A DNA stretch of 64,000 bases from Camelus ferus (GCF_009834535.1 NC_045696.1:94924001-94988000); one strand, 5' to 3'; positions 25,509 to 40,303 are shown, counted from the first letter of the stretch. The notes: a model not told the origin generated them from the sequence alone. Numbers and translations: made by a program.

Positions 25509-27864
25509 TTCCATCTAAAATAATCTCTTTCTATAGCTATGGCAAGTAAGTAAATTGTACACAATTTCTAAACGTGGCCGACCTACAAATAATTGACAAT
25601 TGTATTTCCTGTTAAAATACAAAGCACTCAATATGTCTAACTACAAAACTCATCATCTTTCTTTCCCAAAAAGAAACTAAACTGAACTCTTTCTTAACTT
25701 CCCATTTTAAGTAATGACACTGTTGTTGGCTTAAAATTTCTTATATTAGTAATAGTTTTTATACCTCTTCCTAGTGTGAGAAATACATTCCCAATTAAAT
25801 TTTAATTTGTTGTTATAATAAATGAACAGTGATCAATTGAATTTAATTATAAAGAAGATTAGAAAATTTTTAGAGAATAATGTTTTACAGAAAAAAACCT
25901 CACATTTTTCTCTTATTACTATTTAAAAATACCAAAGGAAGCAACTAGTAAGCAGTCTAACATTTCTGAAAATCCGCAGGGCCATTTAAATGTTATAATG
26001 TACACAGATAAACATATATAAATATCAGTCACAACTTTTGCCTAAAAATTCTTAATAAAATCACTGTAAGACATTATTGTTTTGATGCTATAAGTTAGTG
26101 AAAACTTAACCACACAGGCCAAACAGGAACTTTGTCCAAGTTCCAAAAATACATAAAGGAAAAGATTGGGGTAAAAAATTAACAGTAAGATTCAGAATTC
26201 CTCATTCTACCTTGATTTCCATACCATTAGATCACCTAAGAGGTGTTTTTAAAAAGCACATCATTGATCCTGCCTAGAGTTCTGCTGAGTTTGGAGTCTC
26301 ATTGTTTCTTCAGTGTGAAAAATGATAGGAGAAAAGCCAAATTAAATGTGACAGAAAGTTGGTAATGCACTCATTACCATTTATTCTGACAGTGATTTAT
26401 TCTTGAATCTGTAATACAAAAATATAATGAGACTTTCCCAGAATTAAAAGCAAAAGTTTTCTGAGACAGAAAATATGTGCATTTACTTCCTCTCTAATTA
26501 ACAAGAGGAAAAGAAATGCAGAATCTGGGAAATGAGCATGTTCAAATACTGCTATGTAAATAATACTATTCAAATATACTGTTCCTATTCCTCCATGGCT
26601 TACAGTTTATTCCGTGGGAAGCTAAGATATGTACACAAATAAATGGGATGCCAGGCAGTAGAAATTGTAGTAAAAATGCTTCCAAAGAAAAGCATCCCAG
26701 GAAGTCACTGAAGAAGTCCACTGGCAGCTGGGCAATCAGAACTGCTCCCTGTGAGCATCCAAGCCAAAAAGCAATGTGGCATTTGAATTAGTAGATCTGT
26801 GGGAGCAAAACAATAGATGTGCATGAGATGGAAATATGTAAAACAAGGTCACCACCACGTGGGGTTTCAGGACAAACAAACAGGCAATGATAAGTTGGAT
26901 CAATGAGCAGAAAGAGAATCTGAAATTGAGGTTAGGATTTAATAAGGTACTAAATGGAGCGTACATAGCAGAGCTTCAGTAATAATTGCTGTGTTCTAAA
27001 TGGGAAGCAAGGGTGTATTCCATTTTTGCTAGTCTGAGAATAATCACTTGCCCTTGTTGAAGTGGCCCCTGGTCTGCAATGTTTGAGAATCACCATCACA
27101 GAAAATAATTCAGAATCATTTATAAATATGATTTGTGGGATCAAATCAGTAAAATGTAAAATTCATAAATCAGGATGGTCTTGCTCTCTCCATTACAATG
27201 GTGTGTGAATATCGTGTTTCTTATCAGCATCTATTTTGAGGAATGCGCACAGATCTGAATAGCTTCTTGCTAAGATGAAAAAACAAAATGCCCCATCTGA
27301 ATCACTGGATTTGCTTGGAAATTTTATAATATCATTAAGTCCAATTTAAAGAGGATACCCTGAAACCATGCCAGGTTTTTAAGGAGCAGCATGTGTGATG
27401 ACGCACATTTCCTCCCTGGATAGAGTCTCAAGCCAACATCGAGCACCACAAGGAACGACCCTCGCAGTTATAGCAGTATACCATGATGCAAATGCAAAGA
27501 TGTGGCACTGGACTCTTCACTTTCTTTTTATCCATTTGTTTTTGTAGACATATCAATGAATATATAAGAAACCTTTTGGGAAAAAATCATTCAGCTAAAC
27601 CCTTATATAGTTCCTTTCCAGCTGCAGAAATATTTTTGACACGAATTATCTCATTTTAGTTGGGTTGTTTAATTTTTACCTCATTGTTAATGATGAATGG
27701 TAGAAAAATATTATATATGCTTAAATAATACACAAACACTTAAAATACTTAAAAATCTCAGAATATGAAAGTCTAAACACACTTTATAATTACATGTTTT
27801 CATTTTGATGAATTTATACATGTATAAATGTATACATTTTGATGACTTTACACTTGTATAAAGT

Positions 27865-28270
27865 CTTGTTGGCACCTACTAAGTGCATTTATTGAATAAT
27901 GAACCAGTGCTTTACATGTACTATCACTCATCTTGAAGCAATACTGCATGCTAGATGTTTTTAATTTATTCTGCAGATGAGGAGACTAAATCCAGAGAGG
28001 TAATTTGCCCAAGGTTATAATGCTGGTACAAGGAGAAGCTAAAATTTTAAAGGTCTCTGGCTGTAAAACGTGTGGGGTTTTTTCTTGTTATTTTAAAGGC
28101 ACTGCTAATTGAATTCTTAGTATGTGTAGGTTGTTAAGATTTTACATGTTGATTTCATCTAATCCTTAAAAAACTCTATATGGTACACGATACTATGGAA
28201 CCTGTTCTACAAAGTGAAAACCGAGGGAGAAAAAGTCTAAATAAGTTATCCACATTCACAGGGTGGTAAG
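27865..28270 (-). mobile_element. Two adjacent MIR remnants
   Basis: tgcagatgaggagactaaatccagagaggtaatttgcccaaggtt and tacaaagtgaaaaccgaggga...ataagttatccacattcaca. Confidence 0.65.
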
Positions 28271-29236
28271 CAGCATGTCTGTATGTCATTCAATAGGCCA
28301 AAGTTATAAATTCATTTTTCTATATGAAATGTAGAACAGCTTTTGTTTCCTAGATTAATTTAACTCAATACCACTATTGTTGTTACGATATGGTCTTTTA
28401 ATGCTTTGGGATCTAAGTATCATCATGCTCCCAGTAGGTCATAGACCTTAGGTGGATGTTTTTCTTTGCATTTTATGCTGCGTCTATTTTGAAACATCCT
28501 TCTGAAGTCTATGGTCCACTGGAATAGGCTCTAATGGGGGGAAAAAAAGCCTGGTAGAGGTCAGTTATTAAACTAGGACAAGATAAATATAGTATAAGAT
28601 TTCCCTACCATTTGCTAATCTGCATGTGGTTTATCATCTCACGTACAACAAACATTGATTCTCTGTTCATTTTAAAATATAAAATACCTGAACTTCACTC
28701 ACTGTATTTGAAAGAAACTGAATAGCTCTATCAATGTAAAAATGCCTTATTTTGTTCAAAAACCGAAAAAGCTTAGCAATTACATAATTCTTGATTAGTC
28801 ATTACTTTTAAGTCTGACACATTGATTATTATCTCTCCCCCCTCCCACTCTGACTCACTGAAAAGGAAAGAAAAATATGCTTGGATGGGTTCTACTTTGT
28901 ACTTAAAACTAGACGTTTTAAGCTAGATACTGAATTTGTGCTGTCTTTCTTACCTACATGCAAAGTTCTTACTTATTTTGAAGAATCTAAAATATGGTAG
29001 ATGACTTTGTGGTTACAAAGTCCTGCGATTAGTCCAGCACTAAGCAAAGAGGGCACACGGTGGAACTGCCTTGTCTGTGTGGTGCCCCCTCCACTATGAG
29101 CAATTTAATAGAATGAGAGCAGTCTTTGTCCGTGTCTGAGTGTGGTCTGAGCATTGTCTGAGCTTGGCCTTCACAGGAACAGATGCCTTACAGTGGTGCT
29201 GTACAACCAAATATCTTATCTACAGGGTGATCTTTG

Positions 29237-29770
29237 TTTTTTTTTTTTTTAAGGTTATACTCCATTTATACTTACTATAAAATACTGACTATATTCACCA
29301 CATTGTACAATATATCCTGTGGCTTATTTTATACCTGATAGTTTGTACTTCTTACTCCTCTACCTCTATGTTTCCTCTTCCCTCTTCCCCCTCCGCACTG
29401 GTAACCACTAGTTTGTACTCTGTAACTGTGAGTCTGCTTCTTTTTTGTTATATTCACTAATTTGTTGTATTTTTTGTATTCCACATGTAACTGATATATA
29501 GTGTTTGTCTTTCTCTGTCTGACTTGTTTCGCTTAGCATAATGCCCTCCAAGTCCATCCATGTTGCTGCAGATGGCAAAATTTCATTATTTTTTATGGCT
29601 GAGTAGTATTTCATTGTATATCTATATCACATCTTCTTTATCCAATCACCTGTTGATGGCCACTTGCTTTCATATCTTGGCAATCGTAAATAATGCTACT
29701 ATGAACATTGAGATGCATGTATCTTTTCAAATTAGTGGGGTTTGGAGGGGAGGGGTATATATACCCAGGA
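29237..29770 (-). mobile_element. 5'-truncated LINE-1 3' end
   Basis: ORF 29408-29614 (YYSAIKNNEILPSAATWMDLEGIMLSE) is L1 3' sequence. It has a T14 tail and a degenerate TSD gtgatctttgtttt / gtgacctatatttt. Confidence 0.9.
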
Positions 29771-30024
29771 GTGACCTATATTTTTGACAGTCCAAGCTTG
29801 TTCCTAATCATCCCCCCTTGCATGTGTCATATAGAGAGAGGGTAGATTTTTCTTCAGACTAGTTGATGTTGCTCTCCATTTTCCATTTACAGCCAGTCTG
29901 AGAACCAGATGAGCCAGTACTGCCCATAGAGACAGCTCAGGCTTGCTGTGATTGCACACTGTCATAAATGTAGCCAGAGCACTCGGGAAGTGGTGTGTTC
30001 TTACACCGATCAGAGAGTCGCAGA

Positions 30025-30190
30025 AACTTAGAGCCATGAGACCTCTTTTAGCTCATCTAGACCAGCTCCTTCATTTCTCAGCGAAGGAAACTCAATCCCA
30101 GAGAAGTGGAGGGGCCTTCCTTACCCCACCAGTGAGTGAGGAGCAGAGTGGGGGCTAGAGTTCATGTTTTCCGACTGAGCGTCCTTTCCT
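30025..30190 (-). mobile_element. MIR (MIR3/MIRc-like) remnant
   Basis: tcatctagaccagctccttcatttctcagcgaaggaaactcaatcccagagaagt. Confidence 0.6.
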
Positions 30191-33100
30191 GTCAGTTCCA
30201 GCTGCCTCCCCCTTTCTGCATGATGTCACCAGGGAAGAATGTTTAGAGATAGCAGGCGCCACTTTCTCCTCCTTTCCAATGCATTGTGACAGTTCCGGAA
30301 CAAGTGGGGACCACTGGGGGAGTGAGACAATGGTGCATTCTGACTCCCTTTTGCTGAAGCATGTCACCCATTTCCCACTTTGGGGGTGCCCCCTCTCTCT
30401 CCCCGTTCTAGTCTTCCAGTTTATACTAAGCTGACAGTGCTTCTCTCAGGCCAAGAATTGGCTAAACAAGAATACAGAAGAGGGTTGGTATTTCTGTCTG
30501 TTTGCCCTTGCTCTAAAGTTTAGGCCATGTAGGGGTCATTCTGAATGTGAGCGGATATTAGACTGAAATGTGAGAGCAGGAGAACACTTTTCCAGATGAA
30601 TCTGTATTTAATTAGGCAGTCAAGCCAATCTAATTCTGACATTTGACAGCTTAACTTTCTGATATTGAAAGGCAATTTGTGAGGTACAGCATTTATTAAA
30701 AATAAACATAAAGGCCAAACTAAGACGTTAACATTCAAGGCGATGGACAGTATATTGTGGAATCTAATCCCAATAGCATTACACTTATCATTCTAATTAT
30801 GCCAACTTCATCACCTTAACTTTTCTCAGCACTTAGAAAGGCTGTTATAATAGAAAATTCCATGGATGATTTTAAATAAAAGGAAATTATACCCCAAAAT
30901 ATCATCATTTGAAGTTGGACTAGAAAATTGCATAGAAAAGTTTTTTTAAATATAAGGATGAATTCAAGGCAAGAATCCCACTAATTTATATAATTTAATA
31001 ATATTTATTTACTATATATATGGTTGTTTTAGCATTCATTTAACTGTTTAGAATTTCACCTTTTGTATCAGAATGTTTATATTGACATGTTTAATGTAAA
31101 AGGAGGCCAGTATCACTTCACACAGTAGGAGACACTGTTAGTTTCTTTTTGTCGATAGTTATCAAGTAAGTGGAAATTAAAACAATGAAGTGACATTTTA
31201 TATCTGTGAAATTCATATAAATATTCTGCTTAGTGTATGTTGAAATTGTTATACTTCAAAACAGGTGGTTAATTGTAACGTCATTAAGCCCTAAAAGCTT
31301 TACATTGAGCCCTAAAAATCTTTAGCTCTCTTTAACCTACTAATATCATCTAGTTTTGGTGAAACTATATACATAAGTTTCTTATTATAAAATTCTTTCT
31401 GACATCAAAAATCTGGATATTGCTAACTGTCTAGAAATTTTGGAACTAGTTAAATTGTGGCAAAGCAACTGTTGGCATGCTCTATAGCCATTAAAAATAT
31501 AATTTTAAAGAGCAAGTATAATATGAAAAAGCGTTTATGTTTTAACATTATGTTAAAAAGTGGAACACACAGTGCTGTTAGCAGTATGTCTGCTTCAGCA
31601 CGTGGGGAACACAGAAGTAAAAGAAAATGCAAACTGCTGACTTCTGCTACTTGGCTTTTTGTTTCTCTTGTTTTCTGGCTTATTTCAGTTAAAAACATGT
31701 TGAGTCTGATATCACAAAGAAGATGTAAGATATGAAATAAAAGTTAATGTTAAAAAAAAAACATCAGGAATTTCTCTAAGAAATGAAACAGATTAAAACA
31801 ATCACTTCCAAAACCATGGAAGACAGAGTGAATCCCTATAAAAAGACAAATAACATAAGCAAAGTCATAAATTTAAAAAGTGAAAAATGCACCATGGAAC
31901 AAATGATGCAATATTTTGATTTTTTAAGAATGCCACTGACATTTTTATAGGTGGAAAATATTATTTAAATGGTTGTAAACCAACACTTGCATATTCAATT
32001 TGTGTGTGAAATTTCATGTCTCATCTCTCTATCCTCAAGCCATTTTAGAAAAATACTTTGAGTTAAACCAACTGATTAATCCTTAGATTGTTATCCCCCC
32101 AGCATATAACTTTCTATCTTTAAACTGTGATGAAATCATTGAAGTATTTAGAGTGAAGCTTTATAGAATCTGTTTAACAAATTAAAAATTCATGTTCACA
32201 TGGCAACAAATATTTAGCTATCCTCTTCAAAAAGATGTTCTTAAAAAGTACTTGTTGCAATTAAAATTTAGTTAGAGGAAGGTGTTTACTAATGTCCAGC
32301 ACATATTACAAATAAAGGTTAGTGTAACACATTGCTAGGTAGCCTTTGAAGCTGATGTTAAATGCAAAACAACTTTCTAAGATAGCATTTTAGTAGAAAT
32401 ACCAAGGGTTTTGTGGGATTTGAGAATAAAAGGAATCTGTGCATTACTTACGAGCTAGACATCCAAGAAAATGAGGCAAGACTCCAAAGAGGAAATGACT
32501 GTAGGTTATGTAGGTATCTAGTCTCGTGGGACCTCAGACAAGTTCATGGGGATTTCCTGCGCCCCAGGAGCTGGAGATGCTGATGGTCCCAGGAGTGGAC
32601 AGAGGGAAAACAAGGAAAGCAGTGATCAACTTTTGAGGGAACCAAGATACCAAGAATGAATGACATCTTACTGGTAACATTTGAGGACTGATGACTGAGC
32701 TCCAAATAAGCCTCCAAAGATGCTAATTTAAATAGATATCTCTGAGAGCCAGATAGACATCTATTCCTTAGTTCCTGCAACACTCAAAACTGAGGAAGAA
32801 CCTAGAAAAAATAGATAGGATCCTCAGATTGACTGAGGTTAAGTTGTTGTTGCCTTGACAGTGCACAGTAAATGTTTGCTAAGTGATGAAAGCCTGCAGA
32901 TGCCCTGTCTTGCTTTAATAAGTTAATTCAACCTTATTGTTAATTAGGGGGAAATTTCTGCCAAAAGTCTGCAGAAAATCTGTAACATGGTACTTAAAAG
33001 AAAGATTGTAGCATCCTTGTTAGAGATTTTTAAGGATAAATGATCAGATTTTAAAAGCACAGATGTAAGGAAAAACTCTTCCAACAAGAAAAAGGGGAAA

Positions 33101-33379
33101 AAAAGTCAAAATTAAAGCAACCCACAATTTTAAAAAAAGAGATTAAAAAAAAGGAAGACGTGCGCAGTTCAAATAAAAATCTACCTTCTAATTACTTGAT
33201 ATTATATTTCATAGAAGATGCCAAATTCAGTATCATTTTTATTTTAAAGGAATAATTTTTTCTTCCTTCCACCATTTCTGCTCCAAGTTCCATAGCTTCA
33301 GTTAAAATATTTAATGATCTGAGAAATATGAAGGGAATCATAGACCTTCTCTATTAGAACGACTGTTGGTGTTGTTCAA

Positions 33380-33557
33380 CTCTGTTCCCAACTTTCCAAT
33401 GATAAGAGTCATCTGGAGGTTCTGTCAAACCCGTGATTCCCCGGCCCTCTCCTGAGAATTCAGATCAAGTGGGTTTGGAAGGAGTTGGGGAATTTGTACT
33501 TTGAGCAAGTACAAGTACTTCAGGTGATCCTTATCATTGCAAAAATTTGGAAACTAT
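33380..33557. mobile_element. MER5B-like hAT-Charlie element
   Basis: ttcccaactt...gataagagtcatctgga...caggtgatccttatca...tttggaaact shows the internally palindromic MER5 layout. Confidence 0.65.
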
Positions 33558-35689
33558 GGAAACCTTTAGCACAGCTCCATTTCTTCAGAGAGGAAGAGGA
33601 TGAATCCAAAGGTCACATGGTCAGTTAGACAGTCCAGATGTGCAGCTCCTGGGACTTCTTTTTCCTAACTTCTTCAGAGCTTTCAACTATGGGGTGAGTA
33701 AGAGTTCCAGATGGTTTCAACAAACAGACCAGACACATTGATAAATAATAATAATAAAAAAAAGCACATGGATTTTTCATTTACAAAAATCTATATTGAA
33801 ACATATATTTTACAAGGCAGTTCACTGCTTACATGCCTGTATTGTATTATCATATCATAATCAAGTTACTTAGTTAAAAAAGTATTTATATGTATATTTT
33901 TTTCAATTACTAGGGCATTTAGTTCAAAGTCAGACATCTGAGACCTCAGCTCTTAGATCCCCTAGAGTTTCATGGGAGAGGGAGTTGGAGTATGGAAAAG
34001 GACAGGGCAAGAGGTTGCAGGATGGAGATCCTTGATAGACTAGTTTGCCACAAAATTTTCCACTTTTATGTATTTTATATATCAGTCCTTATCAAAATTT
34101 CATGTAAATAAATTCTGCTTGGCCGAAATCTATCAGGAACTTTTGCATCTAAGACAGGTTAACCACACAGAGACAGATATTCCAATCTTCAGTAGCTAAA
34201 TCCAAAGCAATTTACCTTTCTCATAAATTCAGGTAAGCAGTAGACTGGAGGGATATAGTCATATTCTCCCCAAATTAGAATATTTTAACAGAGGATTTCT
34301 ATGCAAGGAAAATCCAAAACCAAAGCCAAAAGAAATGACGAAAGCCAATCTAATAATCTAGGTTACATACTCATCACTTTTTACTACTCTGTACATGCCT
34401 AACACCTGTCTCTTACTGCCTGGAATTAAGTTTTGTGGATTTGTTCGTTGACTAGAGAAGAATGATGAAGCAGGGCTATTGAATTAAAGCTATTTTCTTT
34501 AGTCTGTGAAGCAAATAACTATGCTAACAGGCACTATATGATAATGAGTTTTCTAAGGAAGGTCCCCAACACTGCTTTACATCAGCATAGTACAACTTAA
34601 TGACCACATCCAGGTGGAAGTTGGTAGTCAGCACAATGAGCCAAACACAAAGCCAAAAACCTCACTCTTCAACCAAATAGTTTTTATAACTTAAAATCAA
34701 CTTTCTAAGGGATTGCACATTTTGAATCTTACACATACCAGAGATTCTGAAATGATAGTCTGATACACCTATTTGGATCCCACTTCTTTCCTGTTTTCTT
34801 GTTCTATTACTATTCTTTATCTTTTCCTCCCCCTGAGGTCGTCAAGACTTGCTGTCAATTAGCTCCAAGAATCATAACAAAAGTTCTGTAAGAGAAGATT
34901 GACAATACTAATTATTAGAAATAATTTTTGGATTTCTGGTTGCCTTGTCAGATCTTACAGTGCCATCTTAAATGACTGTTTTTTTTTTTTTTCAGGCATA
35001 TGTGGTGATTTTATAAGTCAAACTGATTAGTGTAGATTTGATTTTCTATGTAATACAAAGATAGGTGGTTTTTGAGTGAACCTAGTGCAGAAACCCAGCT
35101 TAGGGTTTCTGGTTGCAAACAACAGAAGATGACTCTGGTTAATTTAAGTCCCAAAAGAATTTATTGAAACTAAAACACAGGTGCTCATAGGATGGACTGA
35201 CATTTCTCATTAGACTTCTTTTCTGAATGTAAGTGATCAGACCTCAGGTCAACAGAAAACTAAAAAAGTATAGCATGCCTTTGTGGACTGCTAATTGAAT
35301 TTACTTCAAATAATCTGAAAAGAAAAAAAAGTATCATCTCTTTTTGCTATTCTGTTCAACAAACCTCAGGTGTTTAATGAGTGTTTACTATGAGTTACTT
35401 TATTCTTTATAAAATTAAAATTTGATACATTAAACATTATTTCAAAAAGACTTCTTTACTTATGTTATCTCTAGAGAAACATGGAATAACATTGATTGGA
35501 TGAATGCATACTTTTTTTTCATAACTTTTGAATTGCTCCATCTTAAACAAACTGAAACATTACTCTGGTAGAAAGATGAACTATAGAGTCCAGATCAAGT
35601 GCAGCAGAATGGCATTGACTTAGGTCCAAGACAATTGCTCTCTTCCACTGTAGCATGCTGCCTTCCCATTCGTGAGGTAAAGGGTAATT

Positions 35690-35920
35690 CCATATTGGAG
35701 AGGACTGAATTCACATAGGGACTTAAAGAATGGAGGAATTTTCAGGAAGTGGTTTGGCAGAGGAAGAGAGAACAAGCCACTTGTCACAAGAATGTTTTTG
35801 GGAGGATGACAGCAGTATGACTGTAGTATGGTTTTGTAGTATGTAGTATGGTTTTGTAGAGGGGTATAATTAGAGATAAGTCTGGAAAAGCAGGTAGAGA
35901 CCAAATTCTGGTGGGTCACC
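35690..35920 (-). mobile_element. L2 remnant
   Basis: ggacttaaagaatggaggaattttcagg...gagataagtctggaaaagcaggtagagacca. Confidence 0.5.
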
Positions 35921-37119
35921 TTTAAGTCACAAACGAATTTATTGGAAGAATGTCACAGATTCTCATAGAATGGGTAATAATGTTGTAAACAGGTTCAGAA
36001 ATGTTCTGTAACCAAGAAAGTCTGGACAAAAGAAATCAGCAAGGAAATGTCAAATATAAAACAAAACAGTGTCATGTGGGAGATGCTGGCAGTCCAAAAT
36101 TACTCCTTCTGGTTACTTGATGTTGGTCACTAAACTACAATTCCACAGTGTATAATTTCTAAATGGCCTCTGCTTTTTCACATCACTTGCTCAAGATTTG
36201 AAGTAGTAAGTAAGAACATCTGGTTAGCAGAATGTAGGTTACTGCCCTGTTCTATAGCTGCCTGGGGAAGGGAAGAGAGATTACCTTTCCATGTATTTTC
36301 TAGACGAGACAACATCCAGCCTGCTGCTAAAGGTCACGTAATGTGAGATTCCTTCAAAATATCGTGGGTTTAACTACTGTACAGTCAAAACTAACTTATT
36401 ATATCTGAGATAGGGAATGAAATCTATTAACCAGAGTTAGCTTTATTTAAGGTACATTGAAGAAGGGAGAAATGATGTCATGTAGCACAGAACTGGTCAG
36501 ATGCTCAGGATCCAAGAGATTGTTGAGGTATGTTGGTTGAATTGGATTGAGTTGGACTTTCAAGAGGTTATTTATATTTTCATACATACCACTCTTCAGT
36601 GATATTTTGGACTTTGAAGTTCATTATCAATTAAGGTCAATACATTTTTCTATTACTCAAATGTTGATATTTTATTTAAGTAATAAGAATTAGGTCCAAC
36701 ATCTACATCCTGACCTTTTTTCAGCTTCAATTTTTTATTATGACCTCAGGTTAGGACACACACAAAAAGATGAAGAGATGAGACATTACAGCTGGCCCCA
36801 AAGGCAGTTCCAATTTTGGAAATCTACATTTATTTTAAAATTCATTCACTGGAGAGATCTTTTTTGTATATAACTGTGACACTGGGTATAAACTATTTCA
36901 GTCATTGGTCAGTTTTAGGAGAAATTTAGTCGCTAAGAAATTTTATTCATTATTCATTTAAACAAGTATCTCCTGGTAGAGGGTAAAAGGCTTGTGTTCA
37001 AATTGATGTTACCACATCTGAAAGTTTCTGCATTTCTGATAATACACAATTAAGCCCTAATACGAAGATGACATCATCATTTGTAACTATTTGATATTGT
37101 TTACCATAAAAATTATTTA

Positions 37120-37330
37120 TAATAATAGCTAATAATTATTGAATATAAACTCAAATGACTAATCTTCTACTTGATAAGACTTTTAATTGCATTATTTCAT
37201 TTAATAACCTTGACAATAACCTTGACATACTATATGAAAAAGTATTATCATTGTTTCCATTTCAAAGATAAGGAAATGCAAGCATGGTAGTTTAAATAAC
37301 TTACCCAAGGTCTCACAGCCAATAAACCCT
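37120..37330 (-). mobile_element. MIR SINE
   Basis: aataatagctaataattattga...ccatttcaaagataaggaaa...aataacttacccaaggtctcacagc. Confidence 0.7.
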
Positions 37331-40082
37331 GGTTAGGCTGTGCTCCTAACTGCTGCAGAAACACATCCATATAGAAAGGCTACAGGAAACAGCCTTTGTC
37401 ACCACTGTTTTAGACCCCAGACTACACTAATGTGAGGTAGATTTGCATTGGATATGTCATGAATACTTTCACACAAGTTTTCTTACATATTTCACCACCT
37501 CTTGACTGCTGCAATGGCCATGCTAAAAGGAGATTCTTCCACTAGCTTTGGTAAATAGCTAATTATTTATCCTGATTATTTATGAATATAAATTGTTTTA
37601 ACTCATTTTCAGTAAATGAAGCCTGGTAGCTCAATACATGTTTGAAAATAATCTTATTAGCTTGAGTCGTGTGGCAAATCTTACAGTACAGTCTAATTAA
37701 GCTACTTTTAGAACACAAGCACGTCTTCGTTGTCACTGGAACTGCTGATTAGTGGTAAATCACTCTTTTACATAATGAAACTTGGGTTTTCTGTACAGGG
37801 CTGAGAGAATCTGAAAGGAGCTAATGGGAAACCCAGCCAGCTAAAGTGCTTTAATGGCTTTATTTCTAACAAAATCTATAATTACATTCACTCTTATTTG
37901 AAGGAAAACAGTTCTTTTTTTTTTTTAATCTGGGACTTTACGAATGGCCTGATTTCTAACAAAAAGAGCATTAGCTGTTTAGTAATCTTCCCATTGGCTA
38001 ACTATATTTTCCTGAGCTAATTCAAAACTTATTTCAAACATCTGGATAAACCTAGAAAAGAATACATGCTAAGCAAGGCTTCAGTTCATTAGCTCATCTC
38101 GTGACAGATGAAAACAGGAAATGTATACACAATATATTTATTACTTGCTTAAAATTACTGTCTTCCAAGGAGTGTTTTCCAAACTTGTGTAATTGCTCAT
38201 CCCATCTCTAAACATATTTTTAGTTTGTGCCTTTAATATATGTAATTTTCAGATTTCTTTATAAATCATAGACATGTTCAATTGTATGGAAAATTTTGTT
38301 CGTTATAAAACCTGCATAAACATGGAATTTTATATGGATGAAATAAATCTAGTATGAATAATTACTTATTTTAATTTAATTATACGAAGAAAAAACCTTT
38401 TGGTTGTCACTAAAAATAGCTTTGGATGCCCAGATTTAAAACGTTTGCCAATCAAGTTGTCTACTTAACATCATTAACTGATGTAAAAGACAAAGCATGC
38501 ACTTAGGATGAGATGTGTTCATTAACAGTGGTGGATAAAATTTCTATTTCAATGGTCTTCTTGATGATTTCAGCTTTTTGGCTGACACCTTGACACATAT
38601 CATTAGGTCATCATTGTTACTTCATGATATTTCTGAGGAAGAGCTTCTTCAAGGAGTGGAAGAGATGTTTGCTCTGCCATTTTCTTGTATTTTGCTTTTG
38701 TTTACATTATTAGTATTGTCTTCCATCTGCAGCTTCCTGCAAGGAGGCTCTTTAATTCACAAGTCCACTTGGTGAGAGCTAGTTCAGTTTTAACTAGATA
38801 GTACAATTTTCAAATCTGTTTACCAGACACACAAACATGAGACATTATTATAGGCAGAGGAAGAGGAGAAATGTCACTTTCCAACCCTTGGCACCAAAAT
38901 GACGTCTGTTTCAGTACTTTGGTTTGTGATGTGCACACATATGTGACACGTATATGTACAAACTGACAACGCATAGAAGGTGCCGTGGAGGACCTTGTTA
39001 TACTACTGCAGTTGTCCCATTCCATGCAATTCAGTTACATTCAAGAAGTATCTGTCGGCCTCTATCTATATGCATCTGCTAGTCATGTATTTCTAGTTAG
39101 TAAAATACCTCTCCCCTAGAGAACGTTACTTATCATAATTCCACTCATCTTCAGAATTCTTTTCCTTCATAAATTCTTTCCAAGACTTTCTAAACCTCTG
39201 ATATACTCCAAATCTCCATACCCTTTGACCTTTTGAAAATGCTCTGTTTGAAACACCTAGAACAGCAGTTAGCAGAGAATAGGAACTCAAGAAACATTTG
39301 TTGAATGAATAAATAAGTAAGTGAGTTAGAGAACAAAGCATATTCTATCCTCTCTTTGCAATTAACAGGGAGTATTTTCATATGAAACACTCTGAGAAGT
39401 CCTGCCGTAAGGACACTTATTTTACTCTGCCTTTCCCACGCTTATCCTTTCCTCTCTTAACATATTATGCAAAACACTTTCTGGGAAGCATGCTTCGGGG
39501 AATGCAAAGATAGGAAATGGGCTACTGATGCACCAGAAAATTCAATATTTAAGAAGAGTGGCCACTTAGTAATTTTAAAGCTCAGTCAAAATAGTGATGA
39601 CCCAGGACTTTTGTTACATTCTGTATATCATCATGAAAATATTTATAAAATCTAAACACCTATGCTTTCTTTTCTATGCACATGATGCATTAGTGGTGTA
39701 AGATAAGAAGAAAATATACATTTCTCTGTACTGTTTTAGGAGTGAATTCCCAGTATGTTAAATGATCAGTCATTAGGAGCGGTTGAAGGAGGCCAAATAA
39801 GAATCGATTTGGAGTTATATAACCAAAGCAAGACAATCACTCCAAACTCTCATTCAATTATATCTATAGTGTAGAGGCAGCAGAAATTGAAGACATTTCA
39901 AGATGATCATGATTCATTACTTTCAGCTTTTAAAGTAAGATTTCCTGGCTAAGCATTCACATGAAATTCTGAGTTGCTCTGTCCTACAATTGAAGGGGGA
40001 AAAAGAAGTTGTAAAGAAAAAGAAAAAAAAAAGGAGAAGAAATAAAAGATTTGCGATTTTCAATGTCATTATTCCTTTAGAG

Positions 40083-40303
40083 CAGGAGTCAGCAAATTTT
40101 TTCTAAAAAGGGCCAGATAATAAATATTTGGGGCTTTGTGGGCTGCATGGTCTCCATGGTAGCTCCTGGACTCTGCCATCGTACCGTGAAAGCAGGCCAT
40201 GCTCTAAAGAAAGGAATAACGTGAAAGTATTCCTGTAAAACCTCATCTGCAAAAACAGGCAGTGGACTGGATTTGGTCCACGGTAACGGTTTACTGACCC
40301 CTG
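40083..40303 (-). mobile_element. MER58A hAT-Charlie element, near full length
   Basis: Terminal inverted repeats caggagtcagcaaa / tttactgacccctg, ~221 bp long, with internal aaagggccagataataaatattt. Confidence 0.85.

Noticed and set aside
29870..29945. Plus-strand acceptor-like site (ttttccatttacag), and similar ones near 1998, 4871, 34995, 45559 and 57907
   Set aside because: No matching strong donors or coherent reading frames. Such sites are common by chance in AT-rich DNA.
35822..35859. 20-bp tandem duplication tgtagtatggttttgtagta
   Set aside because: An ordinary slippage duplication inside an L2 remnant.
36810..38419. Isolated CArG (36810) and MEF2 (38410) consensus matches
   Set aside because: Expected by chance at this AT content, they are not clustered, and the MEF2 match may lie in transposon-derived sequence.
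38578..38775. Protein-like ORF (ADTLTHIIRSSLLLHDISEEELLQG)
   Set aside because: Non-ATG start, weak splice context and no recognisable homology.
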